Below the pieces are notes generated by a model. The model searched no databases. It was not told the origin of the DNA and saw only the letters and a program-made list of their open reading frames with translations. Below, one piece after another: positions 1 through 14,771 of a stretch of DNA of 64,000 bases. Made by a program: the position numbers and the translations under genes. Where the stretch lies: the NCBI GenBank assembly GCA_965637545.1, contig OZ281500.1, forward strand, positions 3,286,001 to 3,350,000, written 5' to 3'. Position 1 is the stretch's first letter; every line of letters begins with the position of its first letter. The stretch is from Phallusia mammillata (taxonomy: Eukaryota).

Positions 1-28
1 TGTGACGTCATTATCGCCGGATACTTAC

Positions 29-3000
29 CGTCGGACGAGTCGAGGTCCAAATATAAATCCTGTTCTGGTATGGTTTCCAGGGTGGCCTACACAAAAAAAG
101 TTGGTTTGTTGACAAATGCAAATCAAATAATGTGTTTCATCGATATTTATGTTCATGGCTGAATATAACCAGAAGGAATTTTGATAACAAGCCAAAACCA
201 CACTACACATTACAGTTGTATAAAAAGCTTTCAAGTGACACATTCTTTTGGAGCGACCTTTGTTCACAGTTTGTTATTTTTGAGTTGTGCCGCGTTGGTA
301 GAAATGAAATTATAACAGGAAAATTGCCCTAAGCCACGCGAAAAAGATTGTGACGCTACACACGTCACATACTTCACTACATACAATTGTGCATCTATTC
401 TAGTTGATCAAAGAATGAAACGTTTATAAACTGTTTGTACTCGGGCTTGTCAGATCTTTGGCATGAAACTTTAATGTCTATTTAAGGTAGCACTATTTCG
501 GTCACACAGAGTCGGACGCGTGTTTGTGCATCCCAAATCCAATACAAATCCGATAATTACAGTTGACTTAGCCTGGTATTACGTTTGGGGTAAACGTGTT
601 TAAACAAGGGATTCTATGGTAATGAAATCAAGCTACGTGGTAGCGACAACGTTATCTGGGATCTAACATAACGGACGGTCTGCAAATCTAAAACCATCTG
701 GTTGTGTTATTGTTGAAACAAAACACCGTGTGGCAGACAGTGGGATAAGACATTGTTGATGCAATGTTGACATCAATATTTACTCTGTACCTGTCTGCCT
801 TCAGTTTGTGGTTCGTCGCTGATGTTGTTTTTAGTCTCATCGCCGTCGACTGGAACGCTGTGGCAACAAATATGATACGTTGGATTAGACACATTAGCGC
901 AAAGTTTGTTTAATGCTTATTTCGGCCGTCAAAAATCCTAAGCTGAATGCATTTGGTTACAGCATCTGGACAATTGTGGTGTGACCAAGAAATATCGGAT
1001 TAGAATAGCATAGGATAATAAAAACCAAAACGGACCTATTTTAAAGTGTATGTTTTTGACAAAGGCGACACTGTGCTTAGGTAAACTTAAAGACCCTAAA
1101 CAAAACACGAGAGGTAAATACCAAAGCCAAATTCGGTCCTTATTCAAAAACGTCTGCATGTTATAAATTTCAGGAGGCACTAACTGGCATTTTTTCGCTC
1201 ACGGGACAAATTTGGAAGTGCAAAGGCATAGCGGTTTATATGTTGGAAATGCTTCTCAGAAAAGATTTTTTTAAATTGGGATTTGCATCCTTGTGGAATT
1301 TTCCGCAATAAAACGAACGACATACCCAAATTTGAACGACTTCTATATTACATGCACCTTAACAATTTAGGGTTAGAAATGCACCTGGCCCATAGCTAGC
1401 TTTATATTGTCTCGGTATTCATTTATATAAACATGGTTCAGGTTTTACAACCATACTCAATAGTTGTATCTTAAACACTGAGTATACAGCTTCAGTCGTT
1501 ATAATGACGACATTTGCAAATTACAGTGTTAACACACACGCTTGATGATTTATGCTGTTGACGGAACCGAGCGCTGTGTATGACGTAATGGAGAATGACG
1601 CGTGTCATGCAAAATACAGTTGGAAATGGAATCGCGTGATATGCTAAGGTGTGTTCGGGAATGTCATCCAGAAACCAAATTTTGACCTGCTTAAATTGGT
1701 CCATGAATAATCAATGAATACTTTTCTCGTGGCAGCATTCTCTTGCGAAAATACTTTTAAGAAAAACACAACAAATCCGTAGCGATAAACCAGTTGCAAA
1801 TCCTATAAATGCAACCACGTCAACATAGCAAACAGGATGGAGCGACGTTTTTACGCTTGCTTGTTTGGGTTAACATGAATAACCTGTTTAATGATTCGAC
1901 CGGTCAAATAAAAGCAGTTTGAATGCAAAATTAAATTTTGACAGGTTTGTGTCACGCAAAACAACATTGCGGAAGACTTAAGATTAAGTTGTTAGATGAA
2001 AACATACTGATGTTTGTAAAAATGCCAGACTTTTACAATATCTCAACGATTACCAATAGTTCAGAATTTTTAAATCAACATTTTTCCTTGTTAACACAAC
2101 ACGGACAAGAGATGACTGTTTGACAAAACAATACACTTGCATATTTGGATCGGGTTTTAAAGTCGATTTGCATATTCGCAGAGTTATGCAGAGATGATTT
2201 CTGGTTATACCATCAACAAAACTATGTTGAATTTAAAATAAATGCTGTAATAGAAATATAAACATTACAAATCGTAACCAATGAAAAGAATTACTGAAGA
2301 CGAGCAAGTGTAAAGTCGAGAGTATAAAAAAATATGGTTACTAACCGGGTATCAAAACAAAAGTAAGCACTGAAACATGTCTGTTACGGGTTATATTACC
2401 ATAGCAGGTTGTTTGTGTAAAGGTAGATATTAATTTTCTCGAATATATGTTATCAAAACGTATAGGACGTGGCCAATTTCCTGGAAATCACGCCTTCCAT
2501 ACATTCCCTACAACAACAAACAACGTGACCATGAAAACGGCTCGGGACAACAACGATACATTGACGGCTTTGCGGCATACGCCAACAATCTTTGTGTCAT
2601 CGCGTAGCTCGAAAAACTCGGGACTTTTAGACAAATAATTGCTTTCTATAAAAAGTGTTGGTGAGAGGGAGATGTGCCAGGCACCAACGTTAAGCTTCAT
2701 GCGCGGCTTTTGTGAAATGTTGCGCGCCTCGTCGCAATACGAGTGTGATGGGCAAAAACGCTTTGTCAGAAGTTTCGGGATTGAAGCACGTTCGCGGTAA
2801 ACAAATTGCCGGGTCGCGATCGTATCGGAAATCATAATGCACATATCGGTACACGCCTTGCATGCACTATAAGCATGCATTTTAAACGCAACTGAAGGCT
2901 ATTGTGGCGATTAGGTGCATGTGTTGGTAAACATACCATTCCGCATTGTTGGGTGCATGCACGATAGACCGGCTCTGTGCGAATAAGATCACGCCTTCGT

Positions 3001-6000
3001 GCATGTTAACGTGATAACACGCCTTACCAGAACTTGCAAAGTCATTCTCTTATAAAAGAAACTATTCTCCCCTGTTTGGAGTATTTGAGCAAATGGGCAA
3101 ATGAGCAAGAGCAGCCATTGGCTTCTTTTTTATTTCAAAAATAAACCAAGTATGTAAATTGCAAATTCGGGAGGATTATACAAAAGGTGAAACTTATTTG
3201 TCAAATACAACACCAGACGTTTTTGTATCCATCAAAGCGCAGCATCCACGGTACGCATTACACGGTTCTTATCGTAGCTTTTGGAATAGATTATTTGATA
3301 AAAGTGCAGCAATGTCATAGCAACGTGTAGTTTGTGGTTTTCGTAAAGTTATTTTAAAAACAAAATGTGCCAAATACGTTAAGTGTGTCGTTGTCTTTAA
3401 AGTTCACGCGAAAATTGGGAACAAAGGTAAGGTTTGGCGCCTTGAATGGAACCATTTTGTCAAAATCCTCTTCAAACCAAAGCTAGAACTTTTAATGCGC
3501 TTTTCAAACGCAAAATAAGACCTTAAACGAAAAACATCAAACATCACATTAGTCTGCTTAATACGCTAATACGAAAGCGACACATTTTACAAAACAAATG
3601 CAAAATTCCTGAAAATTTGTTTAAGCGACAAAATGAGGTGAAGGCAGATATAACTTTTCCGGGCAACAATGCCATTCAAAAAAATATACTAAAACAGGTC
3701 AGATTAGGAAGTTGCGCCATTATAGTCACATGGTAGGTAAATGTAAATAAACACGTAACCTTTAAAAGTGTCAGATTTATAGTTTTTCACCCGATGTTGA
3801 ACTGTGATAAAAGTTGACAATGACAAACTTTTTTGATTTTTTTAACAAAGGTTATTGCGCAATACTTTGAAACAGTGTTTTGTTTAATTTTTTTTCAAAA
3901 ACCACGTCAATATTATTGGTTCCACACAACTCGCAGAAACTATCCGAAACTATCTGTTTTCGTGTGAATCTACATTTAGGAAAAGTTGTTGAATATTGGG
4001 CGACATTTGCCATTAGAACATTGAAACATATTGTTGTGTTTAGATTACTTTTTCGTTTTCACAAAGGGTGTGCTTCTTCCTGTGTACTTAACATATGGAG
4101 TTTTGTACACCTTAAGCGATTATATGTCAGTTACGATAACAATTCCGCATGTAAATAATTCCAACCTCACCCTGATTAGTCCGATCAATTTGCATCGAGC
4201 GACGTCCGATAATAGTGAAATGAGTCAAGGTGGTAATTAAGTTTTGGTGCCATGTGGCTATAGGCCAAAAGGGCCAAAAAATTTGTCAAATGTGTACATA
4301 AGGCAGCGAGGAAAGATGATCCAACACCGCGATAATGTGGGTAAAACCAAAATACCACATTCGGTCATCAAATCATATTTGGCTTAAATCAGTACCTTAT
4401 TTCGTGTTTTTTATTTATTTGAATAATACTGCCAGCGACATAGTTTGGGATCAGTTGCATGCGCTTGCGTAAAAGTTTAAACTTTTCGAATTCATTTTAC
4501 CTTTAGTCCATTGTTTACGAAAAATAGTTTTCTGTACAAAATCATTTCGTTTTCGACAAACGTGCCACAGCAGTCATTTCTGTTTTAAAAGATAAGGCGC
4601 GTAAAAAAATGCCTTCTGGACAATTGTAGTAATACCAGTAATAGTAAGTAATGTGGCATTTTAAACATTTGTTATTAACCAAAGCACATTCCACAATAAA
4701 ATAAGTGCCAAACCATTTATTATTTACGCTACGCTACGCATGGAGCTTTCAACAAACAAACCGAAAAGCGGTCAGTCAGTTTCCAAGCCCACACCTGTGA
4801 CAATTCTGTGCAGGGTTGTCGGAGATAAGTACGTATTTACAAACAACTACAGGTAGACTACGTACGACAAGCGTCCAACAAATTTATGAACAAAACCGAA
4901 AATCTGTTTATCTCACAACCGACGAACGCGTTCCAGAAAATTGCGACAAATCCTCACAATAGCTTGTGTTACCAGCAAAACGATGTTTGCAAAAGAAGCT
5001 GAAACATCTTTACCAGCCACAATCGCCTTACATTCGACGTCATATTTTTTGACAACAACGTTTAATCTGTGAAAAAACAACATTGTGGTTTGGCCTGTTT
5101 ATTTGTTGGCAATTTGCTACCATCGCTGGGCCTGCAATTTCCTTCGTTGGATACGGAACCGACCACGAAAGTCGAGGCTTCTGCGAAAAGGGCCTGGAAG
5201 GATACAAACTGGCGGCCGCGGTAATACGCCTAAGACCCGATACTCGTTAAGGCCGACGCGGATGGCAAGTTGTAATGTAAACGTGAGATTAACATCGTAT
5301 TAGAGAGGTGCCACTTTTAAAATCCTGTAAATCTCCACCAATCTACATGTCCACCTGGACATAGCTAAGACGAAGCAGCAGCTGCTGGGCAAGCCTCATT
5401 AGCAGGGAACGCTTATGAGGCTCGGGTGGGTTTAAGCTTGGTACAGGTTTGTGATGCTCAATTATGCACGGTATTGTAGACAAAACCAAGCATAATATTG
5501 GTTACCACACAGTTAAGGTTTATGGTTTCACGGTTTTGGGTGGAAATTAACAGAAGGTCGTTCGCTTGGCTGTTAACTGGTTAATAATTTCTATGAAACA
5601 GACTTTTACGAAACGGGCACAAGAACGTCTAGAACAGCGGTTCTCAACAAGTGGGCCACGAAAGAAAAAAGGTTGAGAACCACTGGTCTAGAATGAAGCC
5701 CAAATCACCAATCAGAAAGATGAAAAAAAGTTTGAGTTAGCAGGCAATTTTTAATTTGCAAAAATATAGAAACTAGAATCACAGGATCATGTCACCAAAG
5801 GGACCAGAACGTAAACACTATTGGCATTTATACAGTTTTGGAAATATACAGTAAAAAATCTTTTCAGATTAGAATTTATACTGATATAATGCATGCCTAC
5901 GATCAACGACGTGATTTTAGATTAGACATATCTCAGTGTTGGTAAACAAACATTTTTATATTGGCAGCGGTGGTGGGACATTGTCACGGCAAGAAAAACG

Positions 6001-9000
6001 CCGAGTTATGAAATTTGCTGCGCGTTCGTTGTTAACCTCGCACTGACGTCATAGGTGATTGACACTTTTATTTGCAGCGAGCAAAGTCGATTTTTTGTTT
6101 ATTTTGGCGGGTGATTGAGTAGGTGGCGGGATAACGTCACGATACCTTGGCATTTATTAAAGGAACCAATTGAAGATTTAATCACAGCACTGTCATTGCA
6201 AAATAGTTTTCGCAGTAAGACTCGATTGCTGCAATTCCTTTCCAACAACATAACAGCCCCTATAATAGCTGCTGCTTATAGCCAAACATCGAATACCTGT
6301 GCTTGTAATAGTATGGCATATAACGTACAGAAGATTGCTCGCGCCCTGGCTATGACGTTTTTCGGAGGATTGGGTACGGTTTTGCGGCGTAGTCTCCGCC
6401 TAAAGCCGTTCGTGCGTCTGTTTGTTTGTTTAAAGTTGTTAACCGTTGCAGCAAACGTAAGCAACGCCAGGGAGCGATGTTTTGCTTTGCAACAATAAAG
6501 ATAAAAAATAGATCACTAACATCCGCGTACCGCTGGCAAAATTCGTATAACCCAATTGCATTCTTGATGCACGCGCGTTGACGTAATCGTTTATCAACCA
6601 TCGCAGCGATACATCCCATTGTTTCATAACGCAATTTATTGCTTTTCAAGCATTTAATAAGTAAAGTTTTTAAAGCTTTTTAAAAGCCAGTATACTATTA
6701 GTTGTGCACTTGACTTCTTTCTGAAAAATCGCGGAGCAACTCCATACCAAGGCAGTTTCATACCAGAATTGGGTAAGTGGATTATTGGGGCTTGGTTATG
6801 TATAAGTTATGTTCCTATCACACACAGGTTATATGACATCCATGGATTGTACAAGCTCAAAGTGATTACATCGGAAAGGTTTAATGGTATATTCGTGTTA
6901 GCAAGGTAGATGCGGTTCAGGCCGAAGGAAAAGGGTGTCTAGGGATTAAATCGCTAGGAATTGTAGCTGTTGAATTTTCGTGTCGTTTTTATGAAAACAT
7001 TCTGGTCCCGTTTTGCACAAATCATGCACCGATTCGTGTTTTAATAATCGCAATTCAATCAATTTAAGGTTTATGGGTTAAGCTTTTCGACGTGACGGCA
7101 TTAACTTTATATAAAGATTTTATATCAAAACTAGAGTTTTATGACACAGAAAACGCATCTACGCCTATAGCCAGTCACATTACAATAAAAAGATGTAATA
7201 TAAATGCGTTTTTAAAGGAACACTGAATTCGAATTTGTTATAGTGTGTCAAACCATTCCTTGTCAGAAGATTTTTTCAAAAACAGGTTGTTTTGTTTGCC
7301 ACACCAAATGTAAGAAATAAACAAATATATTACGTGATACATAATTACACAATATATTCTGTCTAAAATGGGTTTTACAATAGATGACAATTAATAACCC
7401 GCGTACAACCTTTAAAATTGGAGGAAAAAAAAACGTTGGGACGTTTTAGAAAAATAAACCAGATTTTTTTTTCTGTTTAGTCATAGTTTTACCTCATAAT
7501 CTGTTTTTATTTGCCTTTTTCGTGCTGTAGCCTAAGGTTCAAGAAAGAAATTGTCGCTAAAGTTTAAGAAATCTGTCGTATGCAAAACACTTTAAAATCG
7601 TAAATAGCACTCGGTAGACATCAAAACATGTCTAATCAACACGTTCAACCAACATTAAAATGCGCATCAATTCTAAACACGCAGATTTGTTTTTCTGGGC
7701 TGAATTCTCGAGAGATGTCAAGCTAATCTCAGTAAACACATCGCTGCGAAAGTGGCGTGATCTTGCCGCAAGTGTTCCAGCATTTGTTGGGAACATTTTT
7801 GAAGTTTGTTAGTAAATGTTTACCCGTGGAAATGCAACATGGTCTTCTACTACCGCCAAAGACAGCACCTTCGTGTCTAATGCAGGCAGAACATCACGCA
7901 ACAATTTGCGCTTGCGTGAATGTATTCCTACGTGAGAACACTTTTCTGCTACGAAAAGGCGCCTTTTAAAGATTACAAAATTGACTTTCCTGGAAACAAC
8001 TCGATGCGTGCTCGCCCCATTCTGGCAATTACGAAACGCTTCCCAACACGTACATATTCAGCGATTTCATGGTCACCATATTATCCGCTCCGCGCCCATG
8101 CAAGCGAACACGACAGGCTGCGCGTATAGACACTCCCACGCAACAGATCACACATGACACAGCAAGAGTTTACAAATACGTGCGCAGGAGCAATTACATA
8201 ACGTTTGCATCTGATCTGTGTCTATTTATGTCTACTCACAATGTTTTCGCATTCGCAAGGGCAGATGATTGTGCTTGTTCTACGTCAACATTCCAAGCTA
8301 AATCGGTCCGTAAGGTTATGTACGAAACTTTCAATAATAAACAGAAGCGCAAAGTTTGAACGTTAATCGGGGTGTTTGCGGATAACCAAAGTCGCCAATC
8401 TGACTCCGGGAAAGAACTATAAACTAGAGATGTACCGAATATTCGGTTTGCCGAATTTATTCGGCCGAATCGATCATTTTTGCAAAGATTCGGTTTCGGC
8501 CGAATAATTTGTTGCGATTCGGCCGAAACCGAATCTTTTACGAACACAAATTTAAAGCGTTAAACGTGTCTTTTCTGCTTATTAAGGTCCACGCAATCTT
8601 TCGAAAGCCCAAACATAACGAAAATTGCGTCAATGTTTATCTTTTTCAACACATTATCGTTTTTCCCACGGTAATCAAAAAAATTAGTAATTCATTGGCA
8701 GGTTGCCAATCATGCTTAAGGCAATTTTAAACCCCACAGAACTGAAATAAGGACGAAACACAACTATTTTGCACTGGCTGCCTGGTAGATAAACATTTTT
8801 TTCACGTCAAACGCGAAGCGTACGACTTCGCGGGACGTCATAAATGATTCGGTTGATTCGGCCGAATTGATTCGGCAAAACCGCCGAATATTCTGTTTCG
8901 GCCGAATCGAAATTTAGCCGATTCGGTACATCACTACTATAAACGTCCGCCCGCTTTTAGGACGATATGGAGGCATATTTAAGAATAATTATGTCATACA

Positions 9001-12000
9001 AAGGATTTCAGCAAAGTCACGTCACGACAAGGGAAAACGTTTGAAGCACAAACCATGCCTGTTTTACATTTGTAATGGTCACTTGCCAGAAACAAAATAC
9101 CGGCATGGAACAAAAACTATGACTAAGCACTTTGAGAAAACTTCTTCGCACAGACATTGATAAGGTAAACATGGTGTTTAAATAATAAACAAGGACTTTC
9201 CTACCTGATGAAACTGTCGTACACGGTCTCTCCTCTCATCACGGTGATGCTTAGTTTTCTTGTGAGAGTTCCGTCACTAGAAGCGCCATAACCAAGGGAG
9301 GTGTCTCGTTCTGCGTTGGTTGGCGATGATGGGGAGATGGGTTTAAAAAAGTTCGGTGACAACGTTGCGTCCTCCGCCTAAAGAGCAATGCAAATTTCAC
9401 TGCAGTTGCGTAGCATAAATACATATGATGTCAACAATTGATGTCGCAGAGGTTAATGAAGGCCAAATATATTGTGCTGTTTCGCGGTGACTCAGAGTAA
9501 GTGTATGACGTAAGTGGTTGTTGCAGTTACTTACTAGTTACTGAAGTGCAACAAAAAGTCACTTCAAGGTAAACTCCCAAACCTTTATTATTATTTCTTA
9601 AATCATGAAAATTCGACAAAACTGCACATGAGTGTTAGTACGGTCAAATTCGTGCAAACAAATTTGCAAAACATATCGGACGTTAACTGTTTTCACAGAG
9701 TTCACTGTAAAAAAACGGCGTTAATGACTATGACGATAAGACATACATGTCTCTACTGTGCGGAAATACATTATAGTCAAATACATCAAATTATAGAGGA
9801 CGGCATTCATTTTTTTTCCTTGAAACTGTACACTTCAAACTATTTGCATTCTGGGCACAAGTTCCAATGCTTTAACGTCATTTTGGCAACATGAGTAAAT
9901 GTTACGACAACAACGTCAACGTTCTATGCAATTAAGGTCGGAAGGTACATGTAATGTACTGGACAATAGGTTACTATGTCCGTAACGCTTTCGTAATTGC
10001 GTTGCTACCATTTACGGTACAAACGTCGTAGGCTAAATGTACTTGGAAAATGCGGGCATTGGCCGGCGAGAAAACCACAAACAGTCATCGGGAACGTGCA
10101 TAATTGCGTCAAACTTAACGTTGGCACGTCGAAAGATTCTTACTATGGCGTAATAAGGCGTCAGTACGGGCCAAACTACCTCGTGTAAAATGGATGAGAA
10201 CGTAGTTTCCAACACATAGTTGTAAAACCAATGAAAACTATAATTAATGTTTAAACAACGCAAGTGCTGCGTAAATGTGAACTTTCCGGTTTGAAAGCTT
10301 TGGCATTTTCGCACAAAATGTCAGAAATTCTGTGGTCAGTCGACAGTAATTAGGTCAAAATGCCGTGCTTCCAGGAAATATCAAGGGGAAGTTCATTCTA
10401 AAAATACACGAGTGCAACTAATTATAGTCATGTGGTTTGAACACTTGCAACTATAAGTGCCTAATATTAAATTGTTGCGTGGGTAGACACTGCGCCCGTG
10501 GCGGTTTTTGCTCCAAAATAAAGATGTTTTATCGCGCTAGTATACCAAAACACGAACATTTGTGCGGTGATCAAAGATAAGTCAATTGCGAAAACCCCAG
10601 GTAGGCTACATGTTGCATCAGAAATCTAATTGTACGTGGCCACCTACACAATTCAAATTATCGCTGTAAAGCGCGTACTCGCCGTGCGCTGTATCGCTCC
10701 TCGCCTTTGATTTGCTTGTTTTGGAACGAATCGTTAAGACCGTTAAGATGTTCGGTAAGCAGATTTAAAATTTTGGTGCAACTCCGGTCACTGTAGATTG
10801 ACACTAACGCGAGCAACCGACAACAAACACTACAGCTTGTACCCACAAACCACGTTCGCGCGTTCTATGTTTCTTCCTCTGCCGCTTATGCACGTTATAT
10901 TGGCACAACGAGGCAAGAACACGATCCCGTGATTACACCTCGCGCGTGTGTCCTTGATTTGACATCGACAGTAGATAGCTAGTGAGTTTGACCACTTGAA
11001 AACAGTTCTCGCTTATTGCCGCTTATTTCGGGTGGCAAAATTACATGTATGCGGAGGGTGGCCGTCGGAAAAGGAGACGGCTGCTCACAAGAGCACAAAG
11101 CGAAAGCCGGAAAGAGTTTGCGTGGAGTTAAAACCTCTAGTTATTTTTTTCAAGATCTAACCCATGAAAGGTTAAAGGCGTGTGAATGGGCCTGCGAAGA
11201 ACGGTAATTTTCCAGGTTGAAAAGGTTAGGTTAAAATCGTAAGTAAATACACGAGGTTAAATCAAACGGGCATTGAGGTTTCTGTGGGATTGAACTAGAA
11301 ACGCAACCGCGTTAATACAAGTGTGATTTGGCCTGACAGTAAACAGCATAGGCAAGATCATTTTATTGCACACAGTGACCTTAAGCCTATGATTGTGACC
11401 TTGAGCAACACGTGTTCTTAAAATCGCCAAATGATAATATGCAGATGATTTGAGAAAAGATATCAGATCGATTTCGTTTGAAACTACAGCAAGAGAAGTT
11501 TATTTTGTTATGCGAGGTAATGGGCACATTAGGCATACTGCAAAGCGTTAAGTTGCTTGTTTGATTTGAAAGGTTGAATCAGCGTGGTGTGGTGACGCAG
11601 CATAACAGACTTCGTGCGGAAACAGCGTATGTGTGCAAACTTTCCACACCTGTATACATGTAATGACGACAGAAACAAGTGTACCGAGTTATTTTCAACA
11701 CATAGCTATCAAAACAAACACTGTTTGCCAACGTAAGGGAAGTGCCCCAATAGATCAAGTAAACAAAGATATAGAGACAAATTACACACCCTTTGCAAAA
11801 TCAGTTGGATATCGGTATATTGCTTTATCTGCCCATGTTGCTTGGTTTCTGAAAATGATCTGGTGACAGGAGAAATATATAAATTCCAACGATGTTATCT
11901 CAATCAGGGCGGCAAATGGTTGATAGCAAAGGTTTTTCGCAAAATGTTAAACTATTTAATTCTCGTTTGAAACAAAGTGCTGCCGACATGGTCGTTTCTC

Positions 12001-12420
12001 CACAATTCCCTTGAGGGGAATTGCTCCAAATACAGGCAAGAAAAAGTTACCTCGACATACTCGCATTCCACTGAATCTGGAATAGATGGCGTTTCTCCAT
12101 CACCGCTACCGCTACCTTTAAAACGATCCTTGAGCTGAAGGTGTGAGACGTGATGGGGTTGCAGTAGCTTCGAGGTTTCTCTAATCTGACTTGACCCTTT
12201 ATTCTGTCGCTGAATAACGGTTGTCATCACTGTTGGTGGCGTCGGTTTCTGGGGAGTGTCCAGGATCGGCAACATGTCAACCATCTCAAATTCACCTGGT
12301 TTCACCGACTTTCTGGGCTTAGGTGACATGTAAACAGCTTCAGCATCGCTGCCCACATCACTTGCGGTTGTCTCGCGTACACTAGTCGTATCCTTCCTGG
12401 CTTCTTGTAACGCTTTGATC
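29..12420 (-). CDS. Unidentified multi-exon gene (partial): Ser/Thr/Pro-rich protein with several Tyr motifs; continues off the left edge
   Basis: Candidate exons with good GT/AG borders: 12051-12420 (inside the 166-codon ORF; ...AVYMSPKP...ECEYVE, ends phase 0), 9205-9377 (AEDATLSPNFFKP...RKLSITVMRGETVYDSFI, phase 0->2) and 29-86 (ATLETIPEQDLYLDLDSSD; tttttttgtgtag acceptor, gtaagt donor). Possible upstream exon ~12621-12770 is phase-compatible. Linking them into one gene is inference; no domain recognised. Confidence 0.4.
5635..5685. mobile_element. 51-bp minimal hAT-type MITE
   Basis: 14-bp TIRs cagcggttctcaac / gttgagaaccactg (1 mismatch); exact 8-bp TSD gtctagaa at 5627-5634 and 5686-5693. 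Confidence 0.85.
8425..8936 (+). mobile_element. hAT-type MITE (tagagatgtaccgaat family), copy 1
   Basis: TIRs tagagatgtaccgaat / attcggtacatcacta; exact 8-bp TSD ctataaac (8417-8424, 8937-8944); many subterminal ccgaat/attcgg repeats; second copy at 35011-35484. Confidence 0.92.
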
Positions 12421-14383
12421 CTGCTTTGAAGCGACAACCCGGAAGCCCGCATAATTGCTTAGCCCGCAGCACAGTGTATTCAACTAAACGATTGTTGTTA
12501 CTGTTGCTCATGGCACGCATCGCAGGTGCAGCTTGCGCCACGAAGCCCGGGTTGAGTCATTTATCAGCGTTCTGGGCCAGCAGTGATTTACGTCACAATG
12601 AAGATATGAAGTGGTTATACCTAGTTGCATTGTCTGATGACGCAACATCACGATTGCAAACGGGATTCGACGCACGTCGCTTAAACGTAAGAGCAGTGGG
12701 GTGTTTGAAGATGTAGGTGTTTCTCAACACCGCGTGTATTGCCAAGTCGTGAACTAGCACGCAGGCGTCGCTGAACATAATTCGCACCTTGACGCCTAAT
12801 CGTGGTTTACCTTAAGCGCACAGCGCCTATTTTTAACTGATTACGGCACGCAGTCGTCGGCGTCGCAGGCTGAATTCCAAGCTGATTGATTTGGCCAATC
12901 GTCGAGAGGCGACGAAACTGTTCCGTTTTGCGTGTCAACAACACAACAACCGTCGAACTTAACCCACAGCACAAGTCATGGCGTCATTGCGGGAGAGTAT
13001 AATTCTGGGAAGATAAAGCGCCACACCTCACGACACTTCTTCGATACAAATTAACACAAGGACAGCGGGGCGACCTTTTGACATAGACGGGCAAGTTTTA
13101 GTTGAAGCACTCGCCGCCGTAAAATTTGTATCCACTTGCAATTAGGCAGCACTATGACGTAGTTTTTTGTCCAAGTGGCAAGACTCTCACAGTGATAGGC
13201 TGTGTTAAAAAAATATTCAATAAAACTGAAAAGAGTGACATTAATTTATCATCACATTAGCATGTGTTTGTTCCGTTTCTTTCCGGCTATTCTTTCTAGT
13301 GGAAATAAATAGGTCAGTACGTAAACCATATTTTGAAAATACCAAGGTCCACGGGAAAGCTCACACGTTCACGATTTTGATTAAATCCCTGGTTATTAGG
13401 CAAATGTCAGGTAGGAAAATTAAGGGGCTTGGTTTTTTCGGGGCTAAATTTCAATGACGATGTCACTTGGGTTTTCCAAGAACGAAAGGGTGCGCTTCCC
13501 CACAAAGCAACTGGCGTCGACCATAAAGTAAAATACTTTCACGTAACAACCACCTGCTCGCTCCTTATTCGTGACAGTTTATCCTGTAACATTATGGCAC
13601 CTTTCTACAAACTAATACGCTAATCGCACTAGACCTCTGACCTAAGCCCGAACAAACGCTTTATCTTCGTGTTAAAGCAAGGGGCGCGGTTGTCTAATTG
13701 TGTTATACATTGTACGTAGCTGTCGAGTAATATTAATTTCGAAGTGGCAAGCATAGGTCAACGTGACAATACGTGAAAAGGGTAGTGAAGTCGGCAGCCA
13801 AGAAGACGTTTCTTATATTCGCAAATACAAACTTTCCCATAGATTAAAGCCATTAGTGGCTTGTGATACGTCAATAGACCGGCACACTTTAAATTTTCGT
13901 ATTGCAATTAGCCCATTCTTCAGTGTCATGAAAACAATTATAGGGGTGAGTCACTTGCGCACATGTGGGGCCTGCAAGGTTCATGTGTAGCTTTTTGCAC
14001 TATCATTGTGCAAGGGCGGAAAATCATTGTAATTCCAACACGAAATTATGTAGAAATACGTGTTTAATTAACTACATCTAAGGCAGGAAAGAACTAACCA
14101 CAACCAAGCATGACCTTGTTCGAATTTGGCAGACAAAACTTAGTTTCGGCCACTGTTTCAGAGCACCGGCAATGCCGTCACGTTTTTCGAAACTGCTCAC
14201 GACGTTTTGCGGTTCGTGCAGTGCCCCCCGTCCCTCGTTCTGTCAGACGGGTCGGTAATTGTGCCGACAAAATATACAATGGCGGCCAGGTTGAGCGAGC
14301 TGGAAGAGAGAGAAGGCCGCAGTGCCGGAATGGTTTTGCGGTGATGGCAAATGTGAGTAAAACGCAGCGCAACTCGTGAGCCA

Positions 14384-14391
14384 TATATAAG
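14384..14391 (+). promoter_or_regulatory. Candidate TATA box of the cystine-knot precursor gene
   Basis: TATATAAG after a GC-richer stretch, ~390 nt upstream of the ATG at 14772; an acceptor (ctggtacag, 14758) lies 13 nt before that ATG, implying a non-coding first exon. Confidence 0.35.
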
Positions 14392-14771
14392 GTGCGACAG
14401 CGGAGAACTGAGAGTCACATGTAGCGACAAGTCCGAGATAACCAGAGGCTTATGGACGCAAGAGGCCGTGTCGGTACTTTGCATCTACCGACATTTTTTA
14501 TAATGCTGCCTCCAGACTTGCAATTTTTGATATATTTTTGATAAGATGTAAACACAAATTTGTTTCAAACTATTGGTGCCTTGAAAGAAATTGACAATAA
14601 CCGTAATCAGAGACGTTTTCTTAAAATTAAGAATGTAAGTGGACAAATAAAATACGTTTTTTCTTGTTTTTAGAAGAAATATTATTTTGTCTAAAATACA
14701 TCAACAAGACAGCAGGAAATATGTATTGCCAAAATGAAAGTTTAACATTCTGGTACAGCATCAGAAGAATC

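Noticed and set aside
481-1362. Possible Kolobok element (ttaaGGTAGCAC ... TGCACCttaa)
   Set aside because: Terminal inverted similarity is only a few bases.
6040-6650. Overlapping ORFs with CRE/E2F-like motifs
   Set aside because: No domain, and motif hits of this length are expected by chance.
8232-8416. Possible exon whose acceptor lies in the MITE TSD
   Set aside because: Phase-compatible with a good donor, but the peptide is uninformative and the downstream chain could not be built.
12636-12665. CTGATGA...stem...AAAC hammerhead-like string
   Set aside because: Lacks the G of GAAA and has no UH/helix I partner.
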